A DNA stretch of 64,000 nt from contig CM059425.1 of assembly GCA_030390025.1 (NCBI GenBank), forward strand, positions 226,858,001-226,922,000, given 5' to 3'. The number at the start of each line of letters is the position of its first letter. The first letter of the stretch is position 1. Shown here piece by piece: positions 12,408-25,450 of the stretch. This DNA is from Squalus acanthias (lineage: Eukaryota). The position numbers were made by a program, and so were the translations under genes. Under the pieces are notes generated by a model. The model made no database searches and had not been told where the DNA came from. It saw only the letters and a list, made by a program, of their open reading frames with translations.

Positions 12408-15400
12408 TACATAAGACGTAGGAGCAGGACTAGGTCATTTGGCCCCTCGAGCCTGCTCCGCCATTCAATAAGATCATGGCTGATCTGATCTTGGCCTCAA
12501 CTCCACTTCCCTGCCCGCTCCCCATAACCCTTGACTCCCTTATCGTTCAAAAATCTGTCTCTCTCCACCTTAAATATATTCAATGACCCAGCCACCACAG
12601 CTCTCTGGGGAAGAGAATTCCAAAGATTCATGACCCTCTGAGAGAAGAAATTCCTCCTCATTTCTGATTTAAAAGGGTTTCCCCCTTATTCTGAAATTAT
12701 ACCCCCTAGTTCTAGATTCCCCCACGAGGGGAAACATCCTCTCTGCATCTACCCTGTCAAGCCCCTTCAGAATCTTATATATTTCAATAAGATCCCCTCT
12801 CATTCTTCTAAACTCCAATGAGTATAGGCCTAACCTGCTCAATCTTTCTTCATAAGACAACCCCTTCATCTCTGGAATCAACCTCGCGACCCTTCTCTGA
12901 ACTGCCTCCAATGCAAGTATATCCTTCCTTAAATAAGGAGACCAAAACTGTACACAGTACTCCAGGTGTGGTCTCACCAGCGCCCTGTACAGTTGTAACA
13001 GGACTTCCCTACTTTTATACTCCATTCCCTTTACAATAAAGGCTAACATTCCATTTGCCTTCCTAATTACTTACTGTACCTTCATGCTAACTTTTTGTGA
13101 TTCATGTACAAGGACCCCCAGATCCCTCTGTACCTCTGCATTTTGTAATCTGTCCCCATTTAAATAATAATTTGCTTTTTTATTTTTCCTACCAAATTTG
13201 ACCTCGCATTTTCCCACATTAAATTCCATCTGCCGGATTTTTGCCCACTCACTTAGCCTATCTATATCCCTTTGGAGATTCTTTGCGTCCTCCACACAAT
13301 TTGCTTTCCCACCTATCTGTGCATCATCAGCAAACTTGGCTACATTACACTCAGTCCCTTCATCCAAGTCATTAATATAGATTGTAAATAGTTGAGGCCC
13401 CAGCACTGATCCCTGCGGCACTCCACTAGTTACAGTTTGCCAACCTGAAAATGACCCATTTATCCCGACTCTCTGTTTTCTGTTAGTTAGCCAATCCTCT
13501 ATCCATGCTAATATATTACCCCCACCCTGTGAGCTCTTATCTTGTGTAGTAACCTTTTATGTAGCACCTTATCGAATGCCTTCTGGAAATCCAAATACAC
13601 TACATCTACTGGTTCCCCTTTATCCACCCTGCTCGTTACATCCTCAAAGAACTCCAGCAAATTTGTCAAACATGATTTCCCTTTCATAAAACCATGCTGA
13701 CTCTGCTTGACTATATTATGATTTTCTAAATGTCCTGCTACCACTTCCTTAATGATAGACTCTAGCATTTTCCCAATGACAGATGTTAGGCTAACTGGTC
13801 TATAGTTGCCTGCTTTGTCTCCCTCCTTTCTTAAATAGGGGCGTTATATTTGCGGTTTTCCAGTCCGCTGGGATCTCTCCAGAATCCAGGGAATTTTGGT
13901 AGATTACAACCAATGCATCCACTATCTCTGCAGCCACCTCTTTTAAGACCCTAGGATGCAGGCCATCGGGTCCAGGGGACTTGTCCACCTTTAGTCCCAT
14001 TAGTTTGCCTAGTACTTTTTCTCTAGTGATAATGATTGTTTTAAATTCCCCCCCCCCCCCACCACCCCAATAGCCCCTTGATTATCCATTATTGGGATGC
14101 TTTTAGTGTCTTCTACCGTGAAGACCGATACAAAATATTTGTTCAAAGTCTCCGCCATTTCCCTGTTTCCCATTATTAATTCCCCAGACTCATCCTCTAG
14201 GGGACCAACGTTTACTTTAGCTACTTGCTTCCTTTTAATATACCTGTAGAAGCTCATACTGTCTGTTTTTATATTTCTTGCTAGCTGACTCTCATAAGCT
14301 ATCTTCTCTCTCTTTATCATTTTTTTAGTCATCCTTTGCTGGTTTTTTAAATTTTCCCAATCCTCTGGCCTTTCACTATTCTTCGCAGCATTGTATGCTT
14401 TTGTTTTCAATTTGATACCATCCTTTACTTCCTTAGTTAGCCATGGATGGTTCATCCTTCTCTTAAGGTCTTTCTTTCTCACTGGAATATATCTTTGCTG
14501 AGAGTTATGAAATATCTCCTTAAATGTTTGCCACTGCTTTTCTATAGTCTTATCCTGTAATATATTTTCCCAGTCCACTTTAACCAAGTCTGCCTTCATA
14601 CCTTTGTAATTACCTTTGTTTAAGTTCAGGACACTAGTTTGAGACCTAGCTTTCTCAACCTCAAAATGAATTTGAAATTCTACCATGCTATGATCACTCT
14701 TCCCAAGCGGATCCTTCACTTTGAGATCATTAATTAATCCAGCCTCGTTACACATTACCAGATCTAAAATAGTCTGCTCCCTGGTTGGTTCCACAACATA
14801 CTGTTCCAAGAAACCATCCTGCATACACTCTAAGAACTCTTCCTCAAGTCTACCTTTGCCAATTTACTTTGTCCAATCAATATGAAGATTAAAATCTCCC
14901 ATGATTATAGCCGTACCTTTCTTACAAGCCTCCTATTATTTCTTGATTTATACTCTGTCCTACAGTGTGGCTACTGTTTGAGGGCCTGTAGACACTCCCA
15001 CCAGTGACTTCTTACCCTTATTATTTCTTATCTCCACCCAAACTGATTCTACGTCTTGATCTTCTAGGCCAATATCATTTCTCATTACTGCACTGATCTC
15101 ATCCCTTATTAACAGAGCTACACCACCTCCTTTTCCTTTCTGCCTATCCTTACGAAATGGCAAATATCCCTGAATATTCAGTTCCCAGCCTTGGTCACCT
15201 CGCAACCACGTCTCTGTAATGGCTATCAGATCATACCCATTTATTTCTATTTGTGCTGTCAACTTATCTATCTTGTTACGAATGCTGCGTGCGTTCAGAT
15301 ATAGAGCTTTTAATTTTGTCTTTTTACCATTTTACCCTACTCTGACTCCCTCATTCTGATGCACTCTTATGTGTTTACGCTCTGTCCCTTCCTGTCACAC

Positions 15401-15960
15401 TCTGGTTATCATTACCCCTATCACTACCCTGCACTTTTGCCTTCTCATTTTTCTTTGACTTTTTAATTTCCGTTCAGCGTATCCCTCCCCCCCCCCCCAC
15501 TATTTAGTTTAAAGCCCTAGTTATTTGATTCGCCAGGACACTGGTCCCAGCCTGGTTCAAATGAAGCCCGTCCCGACGGAACAGCTCCTTCTTAGCCCAG
15601 TACTGGTGCCAGTGCCCCAGGAATCGAAACCCATTTCTCCCACACCAATCTTTGAGCCACTCGTTCATCTCTCTGATCTTATTTACCCTATGCCAATTTG
15701 CACGTGGCTCAGGTAGTAATCCAGAGATTATTACCTTTGTGGTTCTGCTTTTTAATTTAGCCCCTAGCTGCTCATACTCCCTCAGCAGAACCTCTTTCTT
15801 TGTCCTACCTATGTTGTTGGTACATACATGGACCACGACAACTGGATCTTTCCCCTCCCACTCTAAGTTCCTCTCCAGCCCAGAGGAGATGTCCTTTACC
15901 CTGGCACCGAGCGGGCAACACAGCCTTCGGGACTCACGCTGCAGAGAACAGTGTCTATAC
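12408..15960 (-). mobile_element. CR1 LINE with the SGNH-esterase end of ORF1 and a fragmented ORF2
   Basis: ORF1 VVVHVCTNNI...DGLHLN (15504-15962). Endonuclease AITETW; RT QHGFMKGKSCLTNL, QGSVLGPQLF and FADD. Confidence 0.93.
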
Positions 15961-15969
15961 ACAGTACAT

Positions 15970-16392
15970 TACCTAGGATTGTTCTCCTTAGAGCAGAGAA
16001 GGTTAAGGGCAAATTTAATAAAAGGTGTTCAAAATTAAGAGGGGTTTTGATTGAGTAAATGAGAAAATATTTCCACTAGCAGGAGGGTCGGTAACCAGAT
16101 GACACATAATTAAGATGATTGGCAAAAAATTCCAGGGGGGGGGAAGATGAGGACAACTTTTTTTTTTTTAAAACACATGTTATGATCTGGAATGCACTGC
16201 CTGAAAAAGTGGTAGAAGCAGATTCAATAATAACTTCAAAAGGGAATTGGAAATATACTTGAAAAGGAAAATTTGTAGGGCTATGGGGAAAGAGAAGGGG
16301 AGTGGGACTAATTGGATAGCTCAAAGAGTCAGTACAAGCACGATGGGTCGAATGGCCTCCTGCTGTGCTATACAATTCTAAGATTCTATGAT
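15970..16392 (+). mobile_element. CR1 3' end
   Basis: LGLFSLEQRRLR motif, 3' UTR and attcta-type tail. Confidence 0.8.
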
Positions 16393-16596
16393 TATTGCTG
16401 AACTACAACGCATTGGCTGTGGGTTCATTACTAGTCGAGTCCCAAAAAAGAGAGCTTTCAAATTCTCAATTGGTTGCATTTTCCAGAAGACCTTCTATGT
16501 TAAATGAAAATATTAAAATGTACATTAAATGGCAATGGGTAAGACAACATCTCACATTATACTAAACACTCAGCAGGCCCTTTCTTTCCTTGCTAG

Positions 16597-16651
16597 GTAT
16601 TTAGACACCCATTCGATCGCAGGAAGGAGATGGATTGTTGGCAATGAGTTG
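16597..16651 (+). CDS. Internal exon of an unidentified gene (xYLDTHSIAGRRWIVGNEL)
   Basis: Polypyrimidine tract tttctttccttgctag, perfect G|GTAAGT donor, 55 nt, phase 2 in and phase 0 out, open frame. Confidence 0.7.
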
Positions 16652-17029
16652 GTAAGTGATTTGCTGGATGCTGTCAGTCACCCTGATGGGAACTCACCCT
16701 TCTGAAAAAATTATATATATTTTTTTTTTTTACACTGCATTCCTATTTAATTCTAAAGTAATTTGCACTGATTCACAATGTCTTCCCCTGCTCAGGAAGG
16801 TGATCTAGCCTGGAGATGCCAACACAGAGACTTTCAATGTAGCTCTGCAGTTAGGCCACCTAAAGCAATCATTACCTGGGAGGGGAAGGCCTTTCTGGTC
16901 CCTTGGCTGATTATTTTGTCAATCATTGCCCTGAGCAACTTCGCTGGGACTGGCCAACCTGTGATAATCAGTGAAGACTGGGACTTGAATCTGGGAAAAG
17001 TCCAATCGCTGTTTACTGCAACTACTGTT

Positions 17030-17640
17030 CGACTCGTGTAAAAATATTAATCTCTTGGCATTTCTTTTCGGTTATTGAGTATTTAACTGTATTGTTCACA
17101 ATCTTTATTCGCTCTCTCCCACACCATGAGTAAGGGCAAGTAATCTGTTTTTTGGTCTCTGCTTATGCTGCAGTTGTGCCAGCTATTAGAGAAGTGTGAA
17201 GTGTGGGTTGACTCAGCTCAGCTTCATTTCCTTCCTCCCTGTGAGGATATGCCTCCCTAGGCGACTCGGCTGAGATTAGGAACTCAAGTGATGTTACTGC
17301 TCCCTTCCCTCAAGTATGCATGCGTACTACTGCTATTCTCTGGTTATTGTTCTCTCTACACGAGTGACCATGGCTTTCTGACGTAGCCTTCACTTACCTT
17401 TCTCTCTTCGATATTTATTACAGTACTACAGAGAGAGCTAATCACCCCTTAGACTCCCCTTCTACACCCAGACTAGCCGACACCATTCCTTTCTTACATC
17501 TTCCCACAGCCCTTTGCTGATTCCTGATTGTCGCAACACTCAGAGGCTGATGTCACTCTTATTAACCCCTACACCTACTACAGAGATAGTTTTGTATATA
17601 TATTTATTACCTATTTTACCTAGTTTGTCTTCTCTTATAG
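17030..17640 (-). mobile_element. Diverged LTR-like repeat related to 50166-50890
   Basis: Co-linear shared blocks (gcatgcgta, tacacgagtgacca, actccccttct..acccagacta, cactcagag, attaac, acctagt, tctta). The left boundary is uncertain. Confidence 0.6.
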
Positions 17641-17734
17641 CCGGTCATTCATATTTAGAGTTCTCTCAACAATTTAGGATTTTCTTGTATTGTTGCTTTA
17701 GAACTGTGGGTTTTCTTGTTCCCTTTTGGTACAG

Positions 17735-17837
17735 AAAATAACACCAGAGAAATATTCAACAGGATCCGCGAGCATCCCAGCAGCAGCATTTAAAATAAAG
17801 GGGAACACAAACAGCAGCGAACAAAAGATAAATGAAG
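17735..17837 (+). CDS. Internal exon of an unidentified gene (KITPEKYSTGSASIPAAAFKIKGNTNSSEQKINE)
   Basis: ttttcttgttcccttttggtacag acceptor, AAG|GTATGA donor, 103 nt, phase 0 in and phase 1 out, open frame. Confidence 0.72.
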
Positions 17838-18084
17838 GTATGAGGCAGAGACTCAGTGCGTTAAATGTCAATCTGTGAGGGCTGCACACTGCTCATTGGT
17901 TTATCACAGTCTCTGGTTTTCTGTACACTGCCTCGTTATTTTATGACTTTTATTCAGGAATTTAATCATAAAAGTCACACATATGGGATCGTAGAGAATA
18001 TCATATGGGCTGTGATGACCCCTGGAGATTTGTTTACTTCCTGATCTTCAGAAATGTGTCATGGAATCTTTTATGTGCATTCAT

Positions 18085-18485
18085 ATTGCAACTTTCACAA
18101 CCTCAGGATGTCCCAAAGTGCTTTGGTCAATTAGTATTTTGGAAGTGTAGTTACTGTTGTAATGTAGGAAAACATGGCATCTGATTAGTGCACATCCCAC
18201 AAATCCAAATAATCTGTTTTTAGTGATGTTGGTTGAGAGGCAAATATTGGCCAGGAGACTGGAGAGAATTCCCCTGCAATTCCTTTACAGTACAGTGGGA
18301 TCTTTTATGTCCATCTAAAAGGGCAGGCAAGGTCTTGGTTTAAAAGTTTCATCTGAAAGACTGCACTTCCGACAGTGTAGCACTCGCTCAGTACTGCAGT
18401 GGAGTGTCAGCCTAGATTATGGGATCAAGTCTCTTTAATAAAGCTTGACCCCACAACCTACTGACTTGGAGGCGAGAGTGCTACA
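18085..18485 (-). mobile_element. DeuSINE/SacSINE1-like SINE
   Basis: Reverse complement of the 51368 family. Confidence 0.78.
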
Positions 18486-19184
18486 AATGAGGGACTTGAA
18501 GATGAACCAATCCTCTAGGTCAGATGACATTATCCCAGGGTGCTGAAGGAGATGAGTAAAGAGATTGTCAGGGTAATGACTACAATCACCACTCACTGGA
18601 GGAGTTCCACAGTGTCTATGTTTGAAAAGTGTGACAAATCTTCAGTACCACATAAAATAATGGAAACCATTCAAAGGTCAAGTCAATGAACAAATATCTT
18701 ATTTTGTGAGGGTTACAAGGAGAAAATTCAGTGAGGCTATGCTCCTGGAGAAGAGTCATGTTAGACAGGAGTACGAGGCGGAGATAGATCTTGATTAACG
18801 AATCTCCGCTCCGGAACTGCAGCCTCACTAAATTTGCCATAAATATCTTTGTTTTTGGCTCATTACAAAAGTTGTGAATCAGCATTTGTTAATCTGCAAA
18901 CTCTAAAATGAAATGAACTTGATATACTGGGGACCGAATATTACACTACCACTTTAAGGTTTTATCAATTTCTGGATTAACCCAACAAAGCAAGCATGCT
19001 CGAGGTCACTGCTGTCTCACACAACTAACCTTTCTAAAAAGGAGTCATTACATTGACTGCAGTTTCTATGCCTGCTGATAATGATGATCCTATGTTGACT
19101 GAATGGGTGCAACAAGGGTTTAATATTAACTTCTGTGTTTACATCTGTTAACAGATAGTTGATCTTTTATTTTCTTTCACTTAG

Positions 19185-19306
19185 GTGAAAATTCCAATTG
19201 CCTTGAAGTCCAGGATAAAACTGGGTCAGTCAGTCGCCCCACAGCAGTGAACAAAAGCAGCTCCCAAAACAGACTCGAACACTCGTCTCTCTGCACAGTC
19301 CTGTAG
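19185..19306 (+). CDS. Terminal exon of an unidentified gene ending in CaaX (GENSNCLEVQDKTGSVSRPTAVNKSSSQNRLEHSSLCTVL*)
   Basis: cttttattttctttcacttag acceptor, phase 1 matches the previous exon, TAG at 19304-19306 directly after CTVL. ATTAAA at 19339-19344. Confidence 0.72.
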
Positions 19307-19804
19307 ACTGTTGGAGCCTCTTGGGTTAAGAGCCGAGCATTAAATGGTTTTCACTTCAACTCACTCCAGAGAAAAAAAACTGCTGGCATCTTTACGTGTT
19401 GATCAGATTTTAAAATGGTGGTTCTTATATGAACACGTTACACAACGGAAGCTCGGAGAACTGAGTGAACCTTGGCGCCTGGGATGACAGCTGTATTCAA
19501 TCCATTGCAGTATTTTATCAGCAAAAGGCAGTAATAGAACTATACACGTCAAATGGGACAATACAACACACACAATAGGAATATTCAACAGTGAATGAAT
19601 CCTAGATCGAATGATTTTTAGTTGAGGGCGATGGAGTCTGAGATGCCAAGAACAAGCTAGTGACAAACTATATCCAGCACATGGCCTACGTTGCAGGGGG
19701 CAGCCAAGGGGCATTCATAATATTGTTCTCACCTCTCTTCCTGTCTCTTTCTCTCTTTAGAGCTGGTCCGAAGTTTTCTCCTGCTTTCCCTCACTGGGCC
19801 TAAA

Positions 19805-19962
19805 GGGGTAGAAATTCACCTTGGGCAGTTGCGAATCGGCAGCCCATTATACACGCCAACCAATTCGTTTTCAATGGAAAAGGAAACCGGGTGGGACGTA
19901 AAATGGGCTGCTGACTCGCTATCACCCGTTTTCTGCTACCGCCCGAAACTAATTTCTATCCC
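19805..19962. mobile_element. Palindromic MITE, probably PIF/Harbinger
   Basis: TIRs GGGGTAGAAATT / AATTTCTATCCC, with internal inverted arms gcagcccatt / aatgggctgc. Confidence 0.7.
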
Positions 19963-20149
19963 GTAGTTTTAAGACTGGGATAGCCATGTCACCATACCAT
20001 TAGGGATGGGCAATAAATGCTAGCCTTGCCAGCGGCGCCCACATCCCAGGAACAAATTTAAAAAAATGTTGCTTCCCAGCGGGTGAAAGCAAACCAAATG
20101 GCGGAAGAACCTACAGAATTAGAACCTGTGAGGTTGGGGGTCACAGAAA

Positions 20150-20262
20150 GGGTTAGAACTAGAATTAGAGCCTACAGGGCTGGAGTTAGGATTAAAGTTA
20201 GGGTTAGGGCTGGAGTTAGAATTAGAACCTAGGGATAGGGTTAGAGGTAGAGTTAGGGTTAA
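20150..20262 (+). repeat. Degenerate TTAGGG/TTAGAA hexamer repeat
   Basis: ttagggttagggc, ttagaattagaa and ttagggtt units. Confidence 0.6.
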
Positions 20263-20609
20263 TTAACTTACCCACTGAGCAACTAAGGAATGAAATCCAG
20301 TGTTCATTGTACTTTAAACAAGAAAAAGTTACTAGTCTGTCAGGGGGAAAAAAGAAATGTTAAAATCTATTTATAAACAATTGAGTAAAACATCTTCAGT
20401 GAAACTCTCGAGAAACTAAAGGTCCAACTGGAACTGAGACCTCAATGGAATGCAGCACCTGTAGTTGGGTGTAATTTATTGGGTCTGTTGTAATAGCAGG
20501 TGGTGTTGTAAAAACATTCAAAGAGCAAAGAGACCTGCAATGATTCTATTTATACTCATCTGATGCCATTACTGCAACATGCTCTTCGTGGCAAGTTCAA
20601 TAAAAGGGA

Positions 20610-21052
20610 GAAAGAACTTGCATTTATTTAGCGCCTTTCACAACCTCAGGAGTCAGGACATCCCAAAGCACTTTACAGCCAATTAAGTACTTTTGAAGTG
20701 TAGTCACTGTTGTAATGTGGGGAAACGCAGCAGCCAATTTGTGTACAGCAAGATCCCACTAACAACAATGAGATAAATGACCAGATAATCTGTTTTTTGG
20801 TGTTGGTTGTGGGAAAAATGTTGGCCAGGACACCTCCCCAATCCTTCTTCGAATAGTATCATGGCATCTTTATCCACCTAAACAGGCAGCTCAGTTTAAC
20901 ATCACATCTGAAAGACGGCACCCCCAACAATGCAGCACTCCCTCAGTACTGCACTGAAGTGTCAGCCTACATTATTTACTCAAGACATCAGAGTGGGGCT
21001 TGAACCCACAGCATTTTAACTTAGTAGTGAAGAGTGCTACCACTGAGCCAAA
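20610..21052 (-). mobile_element. DeuSINE/SacSINE1-like SINE, near full length (further copies at about 21500-21900 -, 22550-22710 -, 23040-23400 +, 37955-38100 -, 44650-45040 -, 49250-49650 -, 63215-63575 +)
   Basis: tRNA-like head plus Deu-like domain and TAAATGCAAG tail. Confidence 0.8.
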
Positions 21053-23409
21053 CACATCTAGTTGGATATAATGGCCCAGATTTTGCGATAGGAATAATGG
21101 ATAGATGCCAAATCACCGTAATAGGTGCAAAACTATTGGAACAGGTGCCAGCCACACCACTGGGATAGTTGCCAAATCACCGGGATAGGTGCCACAACAC
21201 CATAACAAGTGGCAGCCACACCACTGGGATAGGTGCCAGGGCAGGCCAGACCAATGGGGCAGATACAAGACTAATGGGGGAGGTGCACTACCTCCAATAA
21301 GAACCAAATACAGCGACTCTCACTCAAGCAGCTCCCATCAGATGATTACAAAGCAGCAACGGCAAAGGCCTAGGACCAGTGCACCTCCAACCCACAGAAT
21401 GTGGTGAAATAAAAATGCAATTTAGAAATGGGAAATTCTGCAGAATGCATGCTGTACAATACTATACATACTCATTATACTATAAACTTTTAAAGACAGA
21501 CTTGTATTTATATAGCACCTTATCACATCTCTAAGAAACATTCGAAAGTGCTTCACAGCTAATGAATTACTTCTGAAGTTCAATCACTGTTGTTATGTCA
21601 ACAAATGCAGCAGTCAAAGAGGAAGATCTACAAGTAGCAAATGAGATGAATACCCTTCTATTCTGTTTTTCTTGATGTTGGTTAAGGGAGGAATGTTCGC
21701 CAGGACACTGCGTGAACCCCCTATTTTATTTCAAAATTGCACCACAAAGATCTTGTTTTCCACCCGAACAGGTAGACAAGGTCTCGGTTTCGGTTTGACG
21801 TCTCACCCAACAGACAGCACCTCTAACAGTGCAGCACTCCGAGTACGGTACTGGCATGTCAACCCATATTATGAGCTCAAGTCCTGGAGTGAGATTTGTC
21901 CCCACCACCAAAGGTGCTACCAAATAAACCAAACTGACACTCAATGATCAACACAGAAAAAGACTGCGCTTCCCAAACATACAGCAAAGGCCAGAATCAT
22001 TTTAATTTCTTGCCTATGCAATTAACATAAAAGACGTTAAGAGATAAATACTCCCAATTCTAACTTGCTACAACCTCATCACCAGTGATGTCTTGGCAGG
22101 GACACTGCAGCTTGTTTAGAAGTAGCTTTAGTGTACATCACTGGTTCACAACATACTGAGCTGGCTCAAATCTTCTCTCGGTCTTTCCCCCAGCAAAAAT
22201 AAGTTTAATTGGCATATTCAAATATCATCTAGTCCGAGTAATTAGCTCATTGTTTTTAACCAGTATATAGTAAATTATGGACGAGTGATCTTAAGATGGT
22301 GAAAGAATATAGATAATATGTTGGTGGCATATGCAATGAGTGGGGATTTGCTGGAAGCATTCAAAGGAAAGCTGGACGAGTTCTTGAGAGAGGCAAACGT
22401 GTTGCTTGAGGCTTTCTTTGGAACTGCTGCATATATTATAATACATCAATGGTTACACGGTGTCCTTTCTTACAACATGAATGTTTGCTGTAGAGTGGAA
22501 AATGGACCGTTGCCAGTGATGATGGATTACTGCATACTAAACATTAAGAAAGACTTGCATTTATATAGTGCCATTCACAACTTCAAGACGCCCCAAAGCA
22601 CTTTATAGCCAATGAAGTACTTTTGAAATTGTCACTGTTGTAGATGTCTTGTCTAGATGTTATGCTCAAGTCACTGGAGTGGGACTTGACCCACAACCTT
22701 ATGACTCAGGCAACTGATTTTGAAATCCATGAGCTGCTCACGAGCAGAATCAGATTAAACTGTTGACTGTTAATGGTCAGTTGCAGAGCAGGCAGTGGAA
22801 CCAGTGCTGGCTCTAAATCTGGAGAAAGCATATTACAGATTACAGTTACTGCCTCTCAGGTGGGGAGATCCCATTGTGGACACAGCTCCTCTGATAAATC
22901 CAAGAAATTTATCCTTTGCTTGTAGAGCAGTGGCCTGGCCTCAGCTGCATCAAACCTGCTCCAAATCACAGTTACACCATTTTGCAAAATAGAAATTGTA
23001 AAAAAAATTGGCTTATTCAAATGGCCTCTAATCCCCATAATTGACTTGAGCACAAAATCCAGTACTGAGGGAATGCTGCACTGTCTTTCGGATGAGACGT
23101 TAAACCGAGGCCCCGTCTGCTCTCAGGTGGACGTAAAAGATCCACTGCCACTCTTTCGAAGAGCAGGGGACTTTTCCCAGTGTCTTGGTCATTATTTACC
23201 CCTCAACCAACATCACAAACAGATTATCTAGTCAGTATCACTTTGCTGTTCGTGGGACCTTGTTGTGCAAAATTGGCTGCTGCATATCCTACATTACAAC
23301 AATGACTGCACTTCTAAAGTACTTCATTGGCTGTAAAGTGCTTTGTGATGTCCGGAGGTCGTGAAAGATGCTAAATAAATGCAAGTCTGTCTTTCTTTCT
23401 GCCTAAGGT

Positions 23410-24880
23410 CTCCTCCAGATCCTCCATCCTCCCCAATCACCCCCAACTGTAGCTGACCTCTTAACATTTTTCGACCCCAACCCTCATCAGATTTATCTCC
23501 TCCACAAAGACCAAACTTAATTGACCCCTTAACTAATTCAGTTCCTAACTATTCAACTGCACCCCCCTTCCACTCAGCCCAATGCTTGCTTTTATCTTCA
23601 ATTACTCCCTCTCTTGAAAAATCACCTCATTCCTTAAAGAGCCTGCCTTTGAATCCTTCATACTCTGCAACTACTGAACTATCTCAAATCTCGCTCAGGC
23701 TCTGGAATTATGTCACCATAATCCAAATTCATAGCTACGCCCACTTCTCCCTGTTAAAATCCATTCAGTCTGGCTTCCAACCTGGTCAGGGTTCCATCAA
23801 CATTGTATTACTGTGACTGCGGCGGATGCCTTATCCCTCCTCAACCTCTCTCTTTTATTGACATGGTTGACCACATCATCTCATCTGGCACCTCTCCTCT
23901 TTGCTCCACCTCTTAGTTATTACCCTTACACAGTTCCATCCCTACTGGAGCCAGCAGCCAGCACATCTCCTGCAATGGCTTCTCCTCCCATGTCTCTTTG
24001 ACCCCTCCAATTCTTCCTCTGTATGCTAACCCCAACGGCCCCAAGCAAAATTATCCGTGAGTATGGGAGTCAGCTTCTATATGCATATTGAAAATAACCA
24101 GCTTTACTTCACCAGCACCAACCTTGACTAGTTTTGTTGTCTGAAATCAAGTCATGGAGGAGCCACAACATTCTGCAGTGCATCACTGTTAGGACAGAAG
24201 CCATCGTGTTCAGCCCCCACCTGATTCCAATCCCTGCTTGTATTCCCACTTAAACGCTAACCTCAGCATGCAACCTCAATGTCCTTATGATTAACTTCAA
24301 ACTCCACATCCAATCCATCACAAAGACTTCTTACTTCCACCTCCAAAATATTCTGTCTCCATCCCCAATTCACCTCTACTACTGCTGAAACCTTCATTCA
24401 TATCTTGATCACCTGCGGACACTTTCCCAATACGCTCCTCCTGAGCTCCACCCTACAGAAACTGCAACTCATCCAGAACTCCAATACCTGCATCATATTC
24501 TGCATAGTCACACTCCAGTATCACCCTCTCCTTACCAACTTCCAATAGTTTTCCATTTCTCAGAGCAAGTTCATGATCCTCACTTTTATTTGTAAATCTC
24601 TCCATGGCTTTGTTCCTCTCTTATCTCTAAACACACCCCTGCTCGCACCTTTCAACTCTAGTCCACTGTGTGCTCCCCTATCTCACTCCTACATTGTGGA
24701 ACTACCTTCCTAAACCCCTCCACTTTGCTTCATCGTGCCTCACCTTCAAAAGCCTCCCTAAAACCTACCTCCAAGTCCAACTTCAGGAACCTCACCAGTT
24801 CCCCTACTACTCTAGTCTTTTCTCCTGAAGCGTGATGCAACTTGGACCTTTTTGCTACATTAAAGGCCCTGTGTAAACCC
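23410..24880 (+). mobile_element. Old L2 LINE relic
   Basis: C/T-rich. Remnants of QSGF and KLQLIQNS, and an L2-like 3' UTR. Confidence 0.65.
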
Positions 24881-24889
24881 ACGTTGCAA

Positions 24890-25450
24890 ATGTGATTGGT
24901 CTGTTGCTGAAAGTCGATTATAGCAGCATCACACAGTCGAACATACGGGTGACTGATGCCCTGAACGGAGGGCCACAAGTTTATCCACTATTCATTCCCA
25001 AAGTACCGGGAGTGGTCAACTTACCCTCAACTTATATACAGGCACTGGCACACAGTCAGATAATATACATCAATAGAAAGGGCATTTATTCCCTCAGCTT
25101 GCAAGGGAGGGGCAATGCTTGAAAATTCATCCTTCAGGGGAAATATGCTAGGTCAATGCAGGACTATTTTATCCTTAACCAAACCACAACAGATTGGCTA
25201 TGAAAAGGTAGTTATAACAAGTACTGACATGAGAAAAATTTAAATAGGGTCAGGATGGGGCTTGGTACTTGACAAGGGGCATCTCCTCCTTGGGGCAGTC
25301 ACTTTGGAGTTGAGGTGACTCCAAGACAACAATTCTGGCAGGGGCAGTTCAAAACCTATCCAACACTCTATGGTAGATTCAGTAATTTGATACCTGACCC
25401 AGGCAAGTTCATAGTAGAGCACTGGGCGACCAGCCTAGCTCACTAGTAGA
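24890..25450 (+). pseudogene. Highly degraded PIF/Harbinger (DDE_Tnp_4) transposase relic
   Basis: FIPKVPGVVN...YINRKGIYSLSLQ, YARSMQDYFIL and LVLDKGH, in the order expected for GFP.V.G.ID / NRKG.HS / YPGS.HD / GDKGY. Confidence 0.6.

Noticed and set aside
21113-21407. Short ORFs with repeated HHWDRC-like units
   Set aside because: A degenerate tandem repeat of about 20 bp with no splice support. Probably a transposon remnant.
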